Below, piece by piece: positions 19,557 through 29,444 of a stretch of 64,000 nucleotides of DNA. Made by a program: the position numbers and the translations under genes. Where the stretch lies: the NCBI GenBank assembly GCA_963804645.1, contig CAWDRG010000017.1:192001-256000 (forward strand). The letters are read 5' to 3'. The number at the start of each line of letters is the position of its first letter. Position 1 is the first letter of the stretch. The DNA is from an uncultured Bacillota bacterium (lineage in GTDB: Bacteria > Sysuimicrobiota > Sysuimicrobiia > Sysuimicrobiales > Segetimicrobiaceae). The notes below the pieces were generated by a model. The model did no database searches and had not been told where the DNA came from. It was given only the letters and a program-made list of their open reading frames with translations.

Positions 19557-19745
19557 GTCGACCCCTCCCGTCGGTTACGACGCGCGCTGCGTCGCCATCG
19601 TTGCCGGCCCCGCGACCCCGTCCGCGGTCCTGCCCTGCGATCACCGCGGCGGCGGTCTGGGCTCCGAACGCGCCACAGGCCGGGCCCGGATTACCCCCCG
19701 TCGGCGGTCCGGCCGGCCGTGCGGACCGTTCCCCGGGAGTCGGCG

Positions 19746-20768
19746 CTACGCCTCAATGCGCTCGCGACGCCGCGCGGTCAGCTCGGCCGCGACCCGGATC
19801 GCCTCGACCATGCTGACGGCGCTCGCCACCCCCTTGCCCGCGATGTCGAACGCGGTGCCGTGGTCGACCGACGTCCGCACGAAGGGCAGGCCGGTCGTCA
19901 CGCTCACCGTCTTGTAGAAATCGGACATCTTCGCCGCGACGTGACCCTGATCGTGATACAGCGAGAGCACCGCGTCGAACCGGCCGTCCGCGGCGAGATG
20001 GAACACCGAGTCCGCCGGGATCGGGCCGGACACGTCGAGCCCGGCGCGTCGCGCGTCCTCGATCCCGGGCGTAATCTCCACAATTTCCTCCTGGCCCATC
20101 TTCCCGCCCTCGCCGGCGTGCGGGTTCAGCGCGGCCACGACGATGCGCGGCGCGGCGAGTCCGAGGCCCGCGAGCACCTGGGCCATCACCCCGAGCGTCT
20201 CCGCGATGCGCTTGCGCGTCACCTGGTCGATCGCGTCGCGCAGCGAGAGGTGGCGTGTGAGGAAGAAGATCCGCAGCGCGCCGATGACGAACATCGTCAG
20301 AGACTCCCGACTCTGAGTCAGCTCGGCGAGCATCTCCGTGTGGCCCGGATACGGATACCCGGCGGCCCACAGCGCCTCCTTATTGAGGGGCGCCGTCGCG
20401 ATCGCGTCGATCTCGCCGGCCTGCGCAAGCCGGATCGCCCGCTCGATCGCCTGCCCGGCGGCGCGGCCGGCGTCGGGTTGGATCACCCCCATCCGCAGCG
20501 TCCCGGGATTCACGTTGGCGAGGTCGAGCACGTCGATGGTGCCGTGCGCATACCGGCCCCCCCGGGGCTCCGCCACCGCGGCCACGGCCACCGGCAGCGC
20601 CAGATCGCGCGCAGTCCTCGCGATCGTGCCGAGGTCGCCGACCACGAGCGGCCGCGACGTCTCGTACAGTTCGGGCCCGGCGAGGGCCTTGGCGATGATC
20701 TCCGGACCGATCCCGGCCGGGTCGCCCATCGTCACGCCGATCAGCGGGCGTCCATCGGATGCGGCCAT
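19746..20768 (-). CDS. pdxA: PdxA-family dehydrogenase (4-hydroxythreonine-4-phosphate / tetronate-4-phosphate dehydrogenase-like)
   Basis: TMGDPAGIGPE, TAPLNK, GHTE, LNPHAGE, YHDQGH, RTSVDHGTAFDIAG. Confidence 0.93.
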   Translation of the reverse strand: MAASDGRPLIGVTMGDPAGIGPEIIAKALAGPELYETSRPLVVGDLGTIARTARDLALPVAVAAVAEPRGGRYAHGTIDVLDLANVNPGTLRMGVIQPDAGRAAGQAIERAIRLAQAGEIDAIATAPLNKEALWAAGYPYPGHTEMLAELTQSRESLTMFVIGALRIFFLTRHLSLRDAIDQVTRKRIAETLGVMAQVLAGLGLAAPRIVVAALNPHAGEGGKMGQEEIVEITPGIEDARRAGLDVSGPIPADSVFHLAADGRFDAVLSLYHDQGHVAAKMSDFYKTVSVTTGLPFVRTSVDHGTAFDIAGKGVASAVSMVEAIRVAAELTARRRERIEA

Positions 20769-20773
20769 CTGCC

Positions 20774-22282
20774 TCACTCCCTCTCGGCGGCCCCGCCGCG
20801 ATGCTCGTGGAACACGGGGCTCAGCGCCTCATACAGTCGGGTATACACGTCGTACAGGACCGCGTATCGTGCCCCGGCCTCGGGGTCCGGCGCGTACGTC
20901 TGCCCCACGGGGTTGATCGCACGCGCCGCATCCTCCACGCTGCCGACTCGCCCGATCGCCGACGCGGCCAGCAGCATCGCACCGAGCGCCGCCGCGTCGG
21001 TCTGGCGCGGCACGCCCACCGGCCGGCCGAGCACGTCGGCGATGATCTGGTCCCACAGCGCGCTCCGGGCACCACCCCCGACGGCAACCACTTCGCGGGG
21101 GCTGAGACCCATCCCCTCCAACAGCGCGACGCACGCGCGGACCTCGCACGCGACGCCTTCCATGATGCTGCGGGCCAAGTCGCCGAGCCCGTGGGTCTCG
21201 CGCAGGCCGAACCACGTCCCGCGCGCGTCCGGGTCCCATCGCGTCGCCCGCGCGCCCATCATGAACGGCAGGAATACGAGGTCGTCCGCGCCGGCCGGCA
21301 CCGCCTGCGCGAGCGCGTCGAGCCGCGGGTAATCGAGCGTGCCGCCGAGCAGGATGTCGCGAAGCCATCGGAGGATCGAGCCGGACGCGCTGATGCCCTG
21401 CTCCAGGAGGAACGCGCCGTCGACGGCGTGCAGCGAGCACATCACGCGCGGATCGCGCGCGGCGGGCACGCCGGGCGACGCCGCCGACACGTTCGTCGTG
21501 GTTCCGGTGGAGACCATGACGCGCCCCCCGACCGCGCCGGCGCCGAGCACCTCGCACGGCCGGTCCCCGGCGCCGAGCGCCACCGGCACCCCGGAGGGGA
21601 TCCCCAGCGCGGCCGCGGCGGAGGCGGCCACGCGATGCGGCGCCGCGGTGGACGCGTACACCGGGGGAAACGCATCGGGCGTGATCCCCACGTACGCGAA
21701 CGCCTCCGGCCACCACGTGCGGCGCACGACGTCGAGCATCATCGTGCGAGACGCGAGCGTGTAATCCGTCGCCGGGTGACCGGTCAGGCACAGATAGAGG
21801 TAATCCCGCGGCTGCAGGTACAGCCGCGCGGCCCGAAACACGTCGGGGGCATTGGCGCGCAGCCACAGAATCTTGCCGGCGGTGAACTCGGTGTCGGGCA
21901 CGAGCCCGGTGATCTCGTGGACCCGTTCCCGGCCGAACGTGCGCACGAACGCCTCGATCTCTCCGGTCGACCGGCGGTCCATCCAGATGATGCACCGCCC
22001 GAGCGGGCGGAGGTCCGCGTCCATCGGCACGACGCCGCCGCGGTGGCTGCTCAGGCCGACCGCGACGACGCGGCGGCGGGCCTCCTGGGGCAGCACGGCG
22101 CACCCGCGCGCGGCGGCGTCCCACCAGGCCGACGGGTCCTGCTCCGCGGCCCCCGGCTCCGGGTGCAGCGTCGGATATTGGACGCTCGTCTGCGCCGCGA
22201 CGCTGCCGTCCATGGCAAACAGCGACGCCTTGCACGCCGTGGTGCCCAGGTCGAGCGTGAGGATGTGCTCGGGCACAATCAC
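20774..22282 (-). CDS. FGGY-family carbohydrate kinase (xylulokinase-like)
   Basis: DLGTTACK, AEQDP, IIWMDRR, GAGD, STGT, SIMEGVA, GGGARSALW. Confidence 0.92.
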   Translation of the reverse strand: MIVPEHILTLDLGTTACKASLFAMDGSVAAQTSVQYPTLHPEPGAAEQDPSAWWDAAARGCAVLPQEARRRVVAVGLSSHRGGVVPMDADLRPLGRCIIWMDRRSTGEIEAFVRTFGRERVHEITGLVPDTEFTAGKILWLRANAPDVFRAARLYLQPRDYLYLCLTGHPATDYTLASRTMMLDVVRRTWWPEAFAYVGITPDAFPPVYASTAAPHRVAASAAAALGIPSGVPVALGAGDRPCEVLGAGAVGGRVMVSTGTTTNVSAASPGVPAARDPRVMCSLHAVDGAFLLEQGISASGSILRWLRDILLGGTLDYPRLDALAQAVPAGADDLVFLPFMMGARATRWDPDARGTWFGLRETHGLGDLARSIMEGVACEVRACVALLEGMGLSPREVVAVGGGARSALWDQIIADVLGRPVGVPRQTDAAALGAMLLAASAIGRVGSVEDAARAINPVGQTYAPDPEAGARYAVLYDVYTRLYEALSPVFHEHRGGAAERE

Positions 22283-22307
22283 GCGGGCGCCCGGGATGCC
22301 GGCGGCA

Positions 22308-23294
22308 CTAGCGCCGCTGCAGCGCCTCGGGGTTCACGACGTTCGGAGGAAGCGCTCCGGTGACGCCCGCGAGACAGTTCTCCGCGGCCATCGTCGCCAT
22401 CTTGATGCGCGTGTGAATGCTCGCGCTGCCGAGGTGCGGGGGAATCACGACGTTGTCGAGCCGCAGCAGTGGATCGTCCATCGGCACCGGCTCGACCTCA
22501 AAGACGTCGAGCCCGGCCGCCCAGATCCGCTTGTCGACGAGCGCCCGGTACAGCGCCCGCTGGTCGACCACCGGGCCGCGGGAGATGTTCACCAGCACGG
22601 CCGTCGGCTTCATGAGCGCCAGCTCCCGCTCGCCGATCAGGTGGCGCGTGTCCGGGGTGAGCGCGGTTGAGATCATCACAAAATCGCTCTGCCGCAGGAG
22701 GTCGTCGAGGGATGCGTAGGTGGCCCCGAGCTCCGCTTCAAGCGTCTCGTTGCGGCGCCGGTTGTGATACAAGAGCGGCATATCGAACCCGCGTGCCCGG
22801 CGAGCGATCGCGGCGCCGATTCGGCCGAGCCCGACGATGCCGAGCGTCGCCCCGTGCACGTCCTGGCCGGTAAACCCCATGAGCTCCCAGGTCTTCCACC
22901 GCCCCGAGCGTGTAAACCTGTCGCCCTCGACGACCCGGCGGGCCGTCGCCATCAGGATCGCCCATCCCATGTCGGCGCTGGTTTCCGTCAGCACGCCCGG
23001 CGTGTTCGTGACCAGGATGCCGCGCCGGGTCGCGGCCGCGACGTCGATGTTGTCGTACCCGACCGCCACCTGGGAGATCACCCGGCACCGCCGGGCCCGC
23101 TCGACCACCTCGGCGTCGATCTTCTCGGTGATCAGGCAGATGAGCCCGTCCACGTCAACGATCTCGCGCAGCAGCGTGTCGCGCGGCACCGGCTCGTCGT
23201 GCCGGTCCCACACACGGTATTCCACCGCGCCCCGAAGCGGCTCCATCGCCTCCGGGGGCAGCGGGCGCGTGATATAGATCCGCGGGGTGGCCAT
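22308..23294 (-). CDS. D-isomer-specific 2-hydroxyacid dehydrogenase (glyoxylate reductase / D-glycerate dehydrogenase family)
   Basis: AVGYDNIDV, TNTPGVLT, GLGRIG, NISRG, GLDVFEVEP, PHLGSA. Confidence 0.95.
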   Translation of the reverse strand: MATPRIYITRPLPPEAMEPLRGAVEYRVWDRHDEPVPRDTLLREIVDVDGLICLITEKIDAEVVERARRCRVISQVAVGYDNIDVAAATRRGILVTNTPGVLTETSADMGWAILMATARRVVEGDRFTRSGRWKTWELMGFTGQDVHGATLGIVGLGRIGAAIARRARGFDMPLLYHNRRRNETLEAELGATYASLDDLLRQSDFVMISTALTPDTRHLIGERELALMKPTAVLVNISRGPVVDQRALYRALVDKRIWAAGLDVFEVEPVPMDDPLLRLDNVVIPPHLGSASIHTRIKMATMAAENCLAGVTGALPPNVVNPEALQRR

Positions 23295-23321
23295 CCCGTG
23301 TCCTCCTCGATCCGGGACCCG

Positions 23322-24236
23322 CTACAGCTGGGCCCAGGCGTCGGCGAAGACGCGCTTCGTGCTCGCGATCACCGTGGCGGGATCCTCGCCGGGCTGCGGC
23401 TTCACTTCAAAGCTGAGGAACGGCAGTCGGTTCGTCGCGCCGAGGAACCCGATCTCAAACAGCACCCGCAGGTACTCGAGCACCTCCGGCGTGTCGTTCT
23501 CCCCGCCGGCGATGCCGAACCGGGGATGCGCGTCGCCGTACGCGGGGTGCTTGGGATCGCCCATGACGCAGTTCCCGATGTGCGCGTGCACCAGATGGTC
23601 CCGGCCGGTGATCAGCGACTCCCGGACGCTCTCGCCGAGCAGCGGCATGTGGCTCAGGTCGAGCATCAGGCCGAACTCGCGATATTCCTTGCGCACGGCC
23701 TCGGAGACCTTGACGGCCAGCGTGGTCGGCCCCACGAGCGACTTCTTCTCGACCGTCCGGTCGAACGTCTCCATTGTGATCGCGAGATTGCGGTCCCGCG
23801 CGTACCCCGAGAGCTCCATCAGCGAAGCGACGAGCCGCTCGGTGGCCTTCGCCTCGTCCGCCGCGCCGGGATACGGGCCGCTCAGCACGGCGACCCGCTT
23901 GGCCCCGAGGGCCGCAGCCTGGTCGATGCATCCGTGGACGACCTCAACGGCCTTGCGCCGCGTCGGCTCGTCGAGCGCGTTCAGGTTCGATTTCGTCGTG
24001 AGCAGCGCGGACTGCGCCCCGAATCCGACCGCGAGATGGCTCTCCCGGAGCACCGCGGCCGCGGCGACGCGCTGGGCCGCGTCGTGCGCCCACCCGACCT
24101 CGATCGCGGTAAAGAACGGATCGCGGGCGATCTCGCGGATCGTGTCCGCATAGGGCCCCTCACCGGCCATGACCGCCGGGAACGCCATGAAGTGCACGAT
24201 CCCCAGCCGAAGATATCGGGTCCAGGACTCGTCCAT
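23322..24236 (-). CDS. Sugar phosphate isomerase/epimerase (xylose isomerase-like TIM barrel)
   Basis: METFD, LDLSH, HAHIGN metal-ligand pattern; RBS GGAGGTG. Confidence 0.85.
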   Translation of the reverse strand: MDESWTRYLRLGIVHFMAFPAVMAGEGPYADTIREIARDPFFTAIEVGWAHDAAQRVAAAAVLRESHLAVGFGAQSALLTTKSNLNALDEPTRRKAVEVVHGCIDQAAALGAKRVAVLSGPYPGAADEAKATERLVASLMELSGYARDRNLAITMETFDRTVEKKSLVGPTTLAVKVSEAVRKEYREFGLMLDLSHMPLLGESVRESLITGRDHLVHAHIGNCVMGDPKHPAYGDAHPRFGIAGGENDTPEVLEYLRVLFEIGFLGATNRLPFLSFEVKPQPGEDPATVIASTKRVFADAWAQL

Positions 24237-24544
24237 GCGGCACCTCCACTGGCCCAATGGGGACGGCGCGTGAGTTTACCCGAGGGGCACGTGGCACCAT
24301 TCTCGCGCGCCGGCCCGCATCCCTGCGCCCGGCACCGGCGCGGGAACGGGCGCCACACGGCCGCGGCGCCGAGCGCCTGTCACGCGGGACGGTCCACGTG
24401 TGCGTCGGCGATCCCGCGGCCCCGCCGGCCGCCCTTCGGTGACGGCGCCGATAGCCATCGGCGCGGTACGAGCGCTCCCGAGACGAGGACTGGTTCGCGG
24501 AGGCGGCGGGACAGGTCGTACGACATCAGCACAGGCGCCCGTCT

Positions 24545-24760
24545 CCGGGCACGTGCCGACGGTCGCGGCGAGCACCCGGCCGGTCGCAACGGCCACCGTG
24601 ATCTTCACGCCGTAGGAATTCGACGGGGTGTTGCTGTCGAAACAGACGAGCTCGAAGGTCGCGCCTGCCGGCGTCGAGCGCGGAGTAGCCACGTTGACCG
24701 TCCCACGGCGCGGAGGCCGGCCCACACGCGTGGTCGCCAGCACGTGGAACGGTCCGATCA
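24545..24760 (-). pseudogene. Diverged partial copy of the C-terminal half of the adjacent pilin gene
   Basis: Translates to PFHV...VNVATP..AGATFELVCFDSNTPSNSYGVKITVAVATGRVLAATVGTCP, colinear with the pilin C-terminus. 35 nt at 24631-24665 are identical to 24966-25000. No prepilin N-terminus. Confidence 0.8.
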
Positions 24761-24877
24761 GAAGCTGGGAGGAAGCCGGCGGACGCGGAACGACGCGCGC
24801 GGTGCCGTCACCTCACTCGCGGTTCCCCCGCGCTGGGCGAGGCGCGCAGCAGCCACGCGTGGTCCGCATGCCGCCGT

Positions 24878-25393
24878 CTACTGACACTTTCCCACGACGC
24901 TCGAGATGATCTGGCCGGTCGCGATGACCACGGTGATCTCAATGCCATAGGGACTCGCCGGGGTATTGCTGTCGAAACAGACGAGCTCGAAGGTCGCGCC
25001 CGCCACTGATCCGCACGGGGGAGAGGCCACGTTGACAGGCCCCTGAGGGCTGATTGGACCGCGGTAGCAAGTGCCGGTGATGTGCAGCGGCGCCGCGATC
25101 TTGGCCGCACTGAGATTGGTGTAGGAAATTGTCGCTCCGGTGCCCGGGAGGGTGACCTTGACGTAGTTGGGGGAGCAGTCCCAGCAGGCCCACCACTCCA
25201 GTGTTTGATCCGTCGACGCCGCTTCCGTCTCCGCGGCACGCAGCTGCGCGACGACCTGCTCGCCCAGCTGACGCACCTGCGCGTTGGCTTGGTACCCCTG
25301 TAACGACGGCATCATAATAAGGAGCAGTAACCCGAGAACGGCAAGACCAATAGCAAGTTCGATAAATGTATGGCCGGCCTCGCGTCTGAACAT
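24878..25393 (-). CDS. Type IV pilin / pseudopilin (prepilin N-terminal cleavage/methylation motif)
   Basis: MFRREAG|HTFIEL followed by a hydrophobic helix (G-1, E+5), Cys-containing C-terminal domain, RBS GGGGAGGGG. Confidence 0.85.
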   Translation of the reverse strand: MFRREAGHTFIELAIGLAVLGLLLLIMMPSLQGYQANAQVRQLGEQVVAQLRAAETEAASTDQTLEWWACWDCSPNYVKVTLPGTGATISYTNLSAAKIAAPLHITGTCYRGPISPQGPVNVASPPCGSVAGATFELVCFDSNTPASPYGIEITVVIATGQIISSVVGKCQ

Positions 25394-25798
25394 CACAACC
25401 CCTCCCCCGCGGCCAGTGGCGCCGGCCATACATCCCGCTCGGATGCAGCCGGACCGCTCCAACCCGCCGCTCATACCATGTCTCGTTACATAGTACGCCG
25501 CCGCACCGCCACGCAGTATAGGACTTTTGGGCAATCGTTTGGGTATACGAACGCGTTTTAGCCGGATTTCTGTTCCCGGTGCTCAATTTCCTCCCGTCAC
25601 CCGCCCCGCAATCGCGGCGTCCCGGCCGCGGACCCCGTTCCCGCTCCTTTTCTTTTAATGAAGCGCTCGGACGGCGACGGGAAGTTTCGAGACACGCGTC
25701 ACCGATCCGACACCCTCGCTTGACGGCCGCGTCAGCCTCGGGTGATACGCTCCGGGCAGGAACCCGGCCGAGTCATTCGACTACACGAGGTGAAGGGG

Positions 25799-26290
25799 AT
25801 GTTCGACAGCCGCGTCCTGCTGCAGTTGGCCGAGGGACAAGTCCAGGCTCGACTCGACGAAACAGACCACCAGCGCCTCTTCGCGGAGGCGATGCGAGAC
25901 CACAGCGCCCACGGTGCGGAGCCGACGAGTGGCGCCCACGCGTGGTGGGTGAACCCCGACGCCGGAGGGCGGCGGGCGCGCCCCGAAGGCACGGCGGGCT
26001 CGCAGGCGTCGACCGGCCCGCGGCGCGCTCAGCGGGGGGACCGCGGCACGAGCGGGCGGAGCGCGGCGAGCGTTTGGCGCGCTGCGTCCTCGAGCGTCGG
26101 CTGCTGCAGAATCTCCGCGGAGACAAACCCGGTGTATCCGACCTCCAACAGCGCGGCGATCCACGTCCGGAAGTCGAGATGCCCCCATCCGGGCGCGCGG
26201 CGCGTATTGTCGGCGACGTGCACGTGCCACACCCGGGACGCCGCCCGACGCAGGGCCGCCAGCGGATCCGCCTCTTCGATGTTCATGTGA
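25799..26290 (+). CDS. Possible small hypothetical protein (only the first ~50 codons look coding; the end is uncertain)
   Basis: GAGGTGAAGGGG RBS before ATG TTC GAC; helical-looking N-terminus MFDSRVLLQLAEGQVQARLDE. The ORF runs on antisense into the iolO-like gene. Confidence 0.3.
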   Translation: MFDSRVLLQLAEGQVQARLDETDHQRLFAEAMRDHSAHGAEPTSGAHAWWVNPDAGGRRARPEGTAGSQASTGPRRAQRGDRGTSGRSAASVWRAASSSVGCCRISAETNPVYPTSNSAAIHVRKSRCPHPGARRVLSATCTCHTRDAARRRAASGSASSMFM

Positions 26291-26850
26291 AACGTGTCGG
26301 GCAGGATGCCGACGTTCTCCTCGCCGAGCCGCCGGAGCAGGTCCATCACCTCGCCGACCGTGGTGAGCCAGTTGCTCTCGTACCGGTTGATCGGCTCGAT
26401 GACGAGACGGACGCCCCGCGCGCGCGCGGCCCGCGCGATCCGCGAGAGTCCTGCGCACAGCCGGTCCTCCGCCTGCGCCCGTGGCTCTCCCGCCGGGACG
26501 GGCCCGTGGATCAACCCGACGATCACAAGGGCCCCAAGGTGCGCCGCCAACTCCACCTGCGCCAGCAGACGCCGTTCGGTCTCCTCGCGACGCGCGGCGT
26601 CCGGCGAGGTGAGCGCGAGTCCCTCCTCAAGATACGCCTGCCCGGTGCCGATCGCGGGAATGGCGACGCCGAGCGCGTGCGCGTCCCTCGCGATCGCGTC
26701 CGCTGAGACGAGGGACGGATCGCGGACCGCGACCTCCACCCCGTCGAAGCCGAGCCCGGCGAGAAACCGCAGCGCCGCCCCGAGGTCCGCGGTCTGGGCG
26801 ACCGCGGCAAACCGGGTGGCGGTCGCGGAGATCGTGTAGGCCAGCTTCAT
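26029..26850 (-). CDS. iolO: 5-keto-L-gluconate epimerase IolO-like (TIM barrel)
   Basis: GFDGVEVAVRDP, AIGTGQAY.EEGL, EPINRYE, DTFHMNIEE, HVHVADN; clustered with iolM and iolN. Confidence 0.75.
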   Translation of the reverse strand: MKLAYTISATATRFAAVAQTADLGAALRFLAGLGFDGVEVAVRDPSLVSADAIARDAHALGVAIPAIGTGQAYLEEGLALTSPDAARREETERRLLAQVELAAHLGALVIVGLIHGPVPAGEPRAQAEDRLCAGLSRIARAARARGVRLVIEPINRYESNWLTTVGEVMDLLRRLGEENVGILPDTFHMNIEEADPLAALRRAASRVWHVHVADNTRRAPGWGHLDFRTWIAALLEVGYTGFVSAEILQQPTLEDAARQTLAALRPLVPRSPR

Positions 26851-27656
26851 GGATCCCCTCCAAGGAAGTAGCGCTCGAGCACGACCCGCACCCCCTCCTG
26901 CTCGGGTCCGGGACAGGTGGCCCGGGCCGCGGCCAGCACCTCGGCCGGGGCTCCCTCAACGGCCACGCCGAGCCCGGCGACCCGGAGCATCGTCACGTCA
27001 TTGTGGTTGTCGCCCACGGCGACGACGCGGTCCAGCGGCACCCCCAGGGCGCGCGCAAGGATGGGGAGCGCCACGCCTTTGCTGACGCCGGCCGGCAGGA
27101 TCTCAAGGTAGTCGGCCTGAGAAAAGACCTGCGAGACCAGCGCCCCGCCGGCCGCGGCGGTCTCGCGGCCGAGCGCCTCCAATTCGTCGTGCCGCCCTAC
27201 GATGAGCAGTTTGACCGGCGTCTCGTCCAGCACCTGCTCGAACGCCGGCACGATCTCGACCGTCAACCGGTCTCTCCGTGCGTACAGGTCCACCTGCGGG
27301 GTCCGGCGCTCGGCATAGACCCGGCCGTGTACGAACACCAGCGGCGAGGTGTCGCGAAACCGGCGGAGCACGGGCAGGAGCCGCGGGACGACCTCGGGCG
27401 GAAGCCGCGACGCCCACAAGGTTGCGTCCGCGACGAAGTCGTAGACGACCGCCCCGTTGTACAGGATCGCGGGCGGATCCGCCCCGATCGCCTCAGCGAA
27501 CGGCCGGGTGGCCTCCCACATGCGGCCGGTCGCCAGGCACACGCGCACGCCCCGCTCGCGCGCGGTCCGCACGGCCGCCGCCACGCCCGGAGGCACGATC
27601 TTGTCTTCGCCGACGAGCGTCCCGTCGACGTCCACGACCAGCGCCGCGTACCTCAT
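26847..27656 (-). CDS. Cof-type HAD-IIB family phosphatase
   Basis: DVDGTL, ATGR, YNGA, LEILPAGVSKG, GDNHND. Confidence 0.93.
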   Translation of the reverse strand: MRYAALVVDVDGTLVGEDKIVPPGVAAAVRTARERGVRVCLATGRMWEATRPFAEAIGADPPAILYNGAVVYDFVADATLWASRLPPEVVPRLLPVLRRFRDTSPLVFVHGRVYAERRTPQVDLYARRDRLTVEIVPAFEQVLDETPVKLLIVGRHDELEALGRETAAAGGALVSQVFSQADYLEILPAGVSKGVALPILARALGVPLDRVVAVGDNHNDVTMLRVAGLGVAVEGAPAEVLAAARATCPGPEQEGVRVVLERYFLGGDP

Positions 27657-28510
27657 GCCTTCTCCCGGACGGCGCCGAACGTCAGCGCGGACAGCACGTA
27701 CCGGTGCGCCAGCAGCAGCAGCGCGACCGGGACGAGCGCGGAGACGACCCCCATGGCCGCGAGCTGGTTCCACACGATCTCGAATTCGGTCACGAAGCTC
27801 CACACTCCAATCGAAAAGGTCTGGGATCGCGGCGTGGCGGTCAAGATCAGGGCGTACAGAAACTCGCTCCACGCCAGCGCGAAGGTAATCACCCCCGCGG
27901 CGAGCAGCCCGGGGGAGAGCTGCGGCAGCAGGATCTGGAAGAACGCCCGCCACCGCCCCGCCCCGTCGAGGAGCGCGGCCTCCTCCACCTCCACCGGCAC
28001 CTCGAGCAGAAACCCCTTGAGCATCCAGACGGCGAACGGCAGTGAGAACGCGGTGTAGATCAGCACGAGCGCCAGCAGACTGTCGTACAGGCCGATCAGG
28101 CGCACGGTCGCAAAGATCGGGACGACGACGACCATCGACGGCAGAAACCGGAGGCTGAGCAGCCACGACAGCAGGCCGCGCCGGAACCCCGGCGCCACAG
28201 GCAGCCGGGTGAGCGGATACGCCACGAGGAGCGCGAGCGCCAGCGAGAGGACCACGGTCGCGACGCAGGCGACGACGCTGTTGCGCAACAGCACCCAGTG
28301 CCCGCTCCCGACGAGCGCGGCCGTGTACGCGGCGACCGTGGGGTGCACCGGCCACAGCGTCGGCGGCTGCGCGTACAGTTCGCGGGTCGGCTTGAGCGAG
28401 GTCGACACCATCCAAAGGAACGGGAACAGGTAGACGACGCCGAGGACCCCGAGCGCAGCGAGCACGATCCCGCGGAGGACCCGGCGGCGGCGCCGCGGAT
28501 GCCCCCTCAC
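27653..28510 (-). CDS. Carbohydrate ABC transporter permease (MalG-like)
   Basis: FPFLWMVSTSLKP, EAA loop EEAALLDGA, AWSEF. Confidence 0.93.
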   Translation of the reverse strand: MRGHPRRRRRVLRGIVLAALGVLGVVYLFPFLWMVSTSLKPTRELYAQPPTLWPVHPTVAAYTAALVGSGHWVLLRNSVVACVATVVLSLALALLVAYPLTRLPVAPGFRRGLLSWLLSLRFLPSMVVVVPIFATVRLIGLYDSLLALVLIYTAFSLPFAVWMLKGFLLEVPVEVEEAALLDGAGRWRAFFQILLPQLSPGLLAAGVITFALAWSEFLYALILTATPRSQTFSIGVWSFVTEFEIVWNQLAAMGVVSALVPVALLLLAHRYVLSALTFGAVREKA

Positions 28511-29379
28511 GCGATCTCCTCGGAGAGCACGCGGCTCCCGAGCGCGAACAGGATCGACACGACGAGCACCACGTACAGCGCCAGCGCCGACGCGTAGTTC
28601 AGGTTGCTGAACTTGAACGCGATCTGGTACAGATAGAGACTCAAGAACTCGGTCGCCGATCCGGGTCCGCCCATCGTCAGCACCTGCACGTGGTCGAACA
28701 CCCGGAGCGTGTCCGTGAAGCGGAAGACGAGGACGAGCAGCAGCAGCGGCTTGAGATACGGCAGATCGATCGCGAGGAAGCGCGCCCAGCCGCCGGCGCC
28801 GTCGACCGCGGCCGCCTCGATGACGTCGGACGGAACCGCCGCGAGCCCGGCGAACAGCACCAGAAACACAAACGGCATCCACTGCCACACGTCGACGCTG
28901 ACGACCGAGAACATCGCCATGCCCGGCGACGACATCCAGAGGATCGGCCGACCGTGATACCCGAGGTCGCGCAGCAGCACGTTCAGGATGCCGTAATCGG
29001 GAATGTACATCAGCCTGAAGATCACGCCGGCCGCGACCGGCGGCGTCACCATGGGGACGATGAACAGCAGGTACACGAGCGCCCGCCCGAGCGCGCTGCG
29101 GACCGTCCGCTGCACGGCGACGGCGAGCGTGAGGCCCAGCACGCATTCGACCCCCATGGCCAGGGCGACGTACAGCGCGGTCGCCCGGAGCGACGCGCCG
29201 AGCAGCGCGTCGTGAAACGCGAACAGGAACTTGTGGAGGCCGGCGAACCCGCCGAGCCGGTAGTACTGGAGGCTCAGGCCGACCGCGTACGCCATGGGAT
29301 AGACGACGACCGTCAGGAGGAACACCACGGGCGCGGCGACGAGGAGGTAGGGGACCAGAGATCGCCGGCGGATGGGCAC
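28507..29379 (-). CDS. Carbohydrate ABC transporter permease (MalF-like)
   Basis: DVWQWMPF, EAAAVDGA, FDHV..LTMGGPG.ATE. Confidence 0.93.
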   Translation of the reverse strand: MPIRRRSLVPYLLVAAPVVFLLTVVVYPMAYAVGLSLQYYRLGGFAGLHKFLFAFHDALLGASLRATALYVALAMGVECVLGLTLAVAVQRTVRSALGRALVYLLFIVPMVTPPVAAGVIFRLMYIPDYGILNVLLRDLGYHGRPILWMSSPGMAMFSVVSVDVWQWMPFVFLVLFAGLAAVPSDVIEAAAVDGAGGWARFLAIDLPYLKPLLLLVLVFRFTDTLRVFDHVQVLTMGGPGSATEFLSLYLYQIAFKFSNLNYASALALYVVLVVSILFALGSRVLSEEIA

Positions 29380-29444
29380 CCCTCCCGTGCGGGGCGGGGC
29401 GCCGCTCGGACGCGGGGCGCCCCACCGCCGGGATCGCTCGCGGA

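Noticed and set aside
24545..25100. Pilin repeat pair as a diversity-generating retroelement TR/VR
   Set aside because: Mismatches are not confined to adenine positions, there is an indel, and no reverse transcriptase is in the window.
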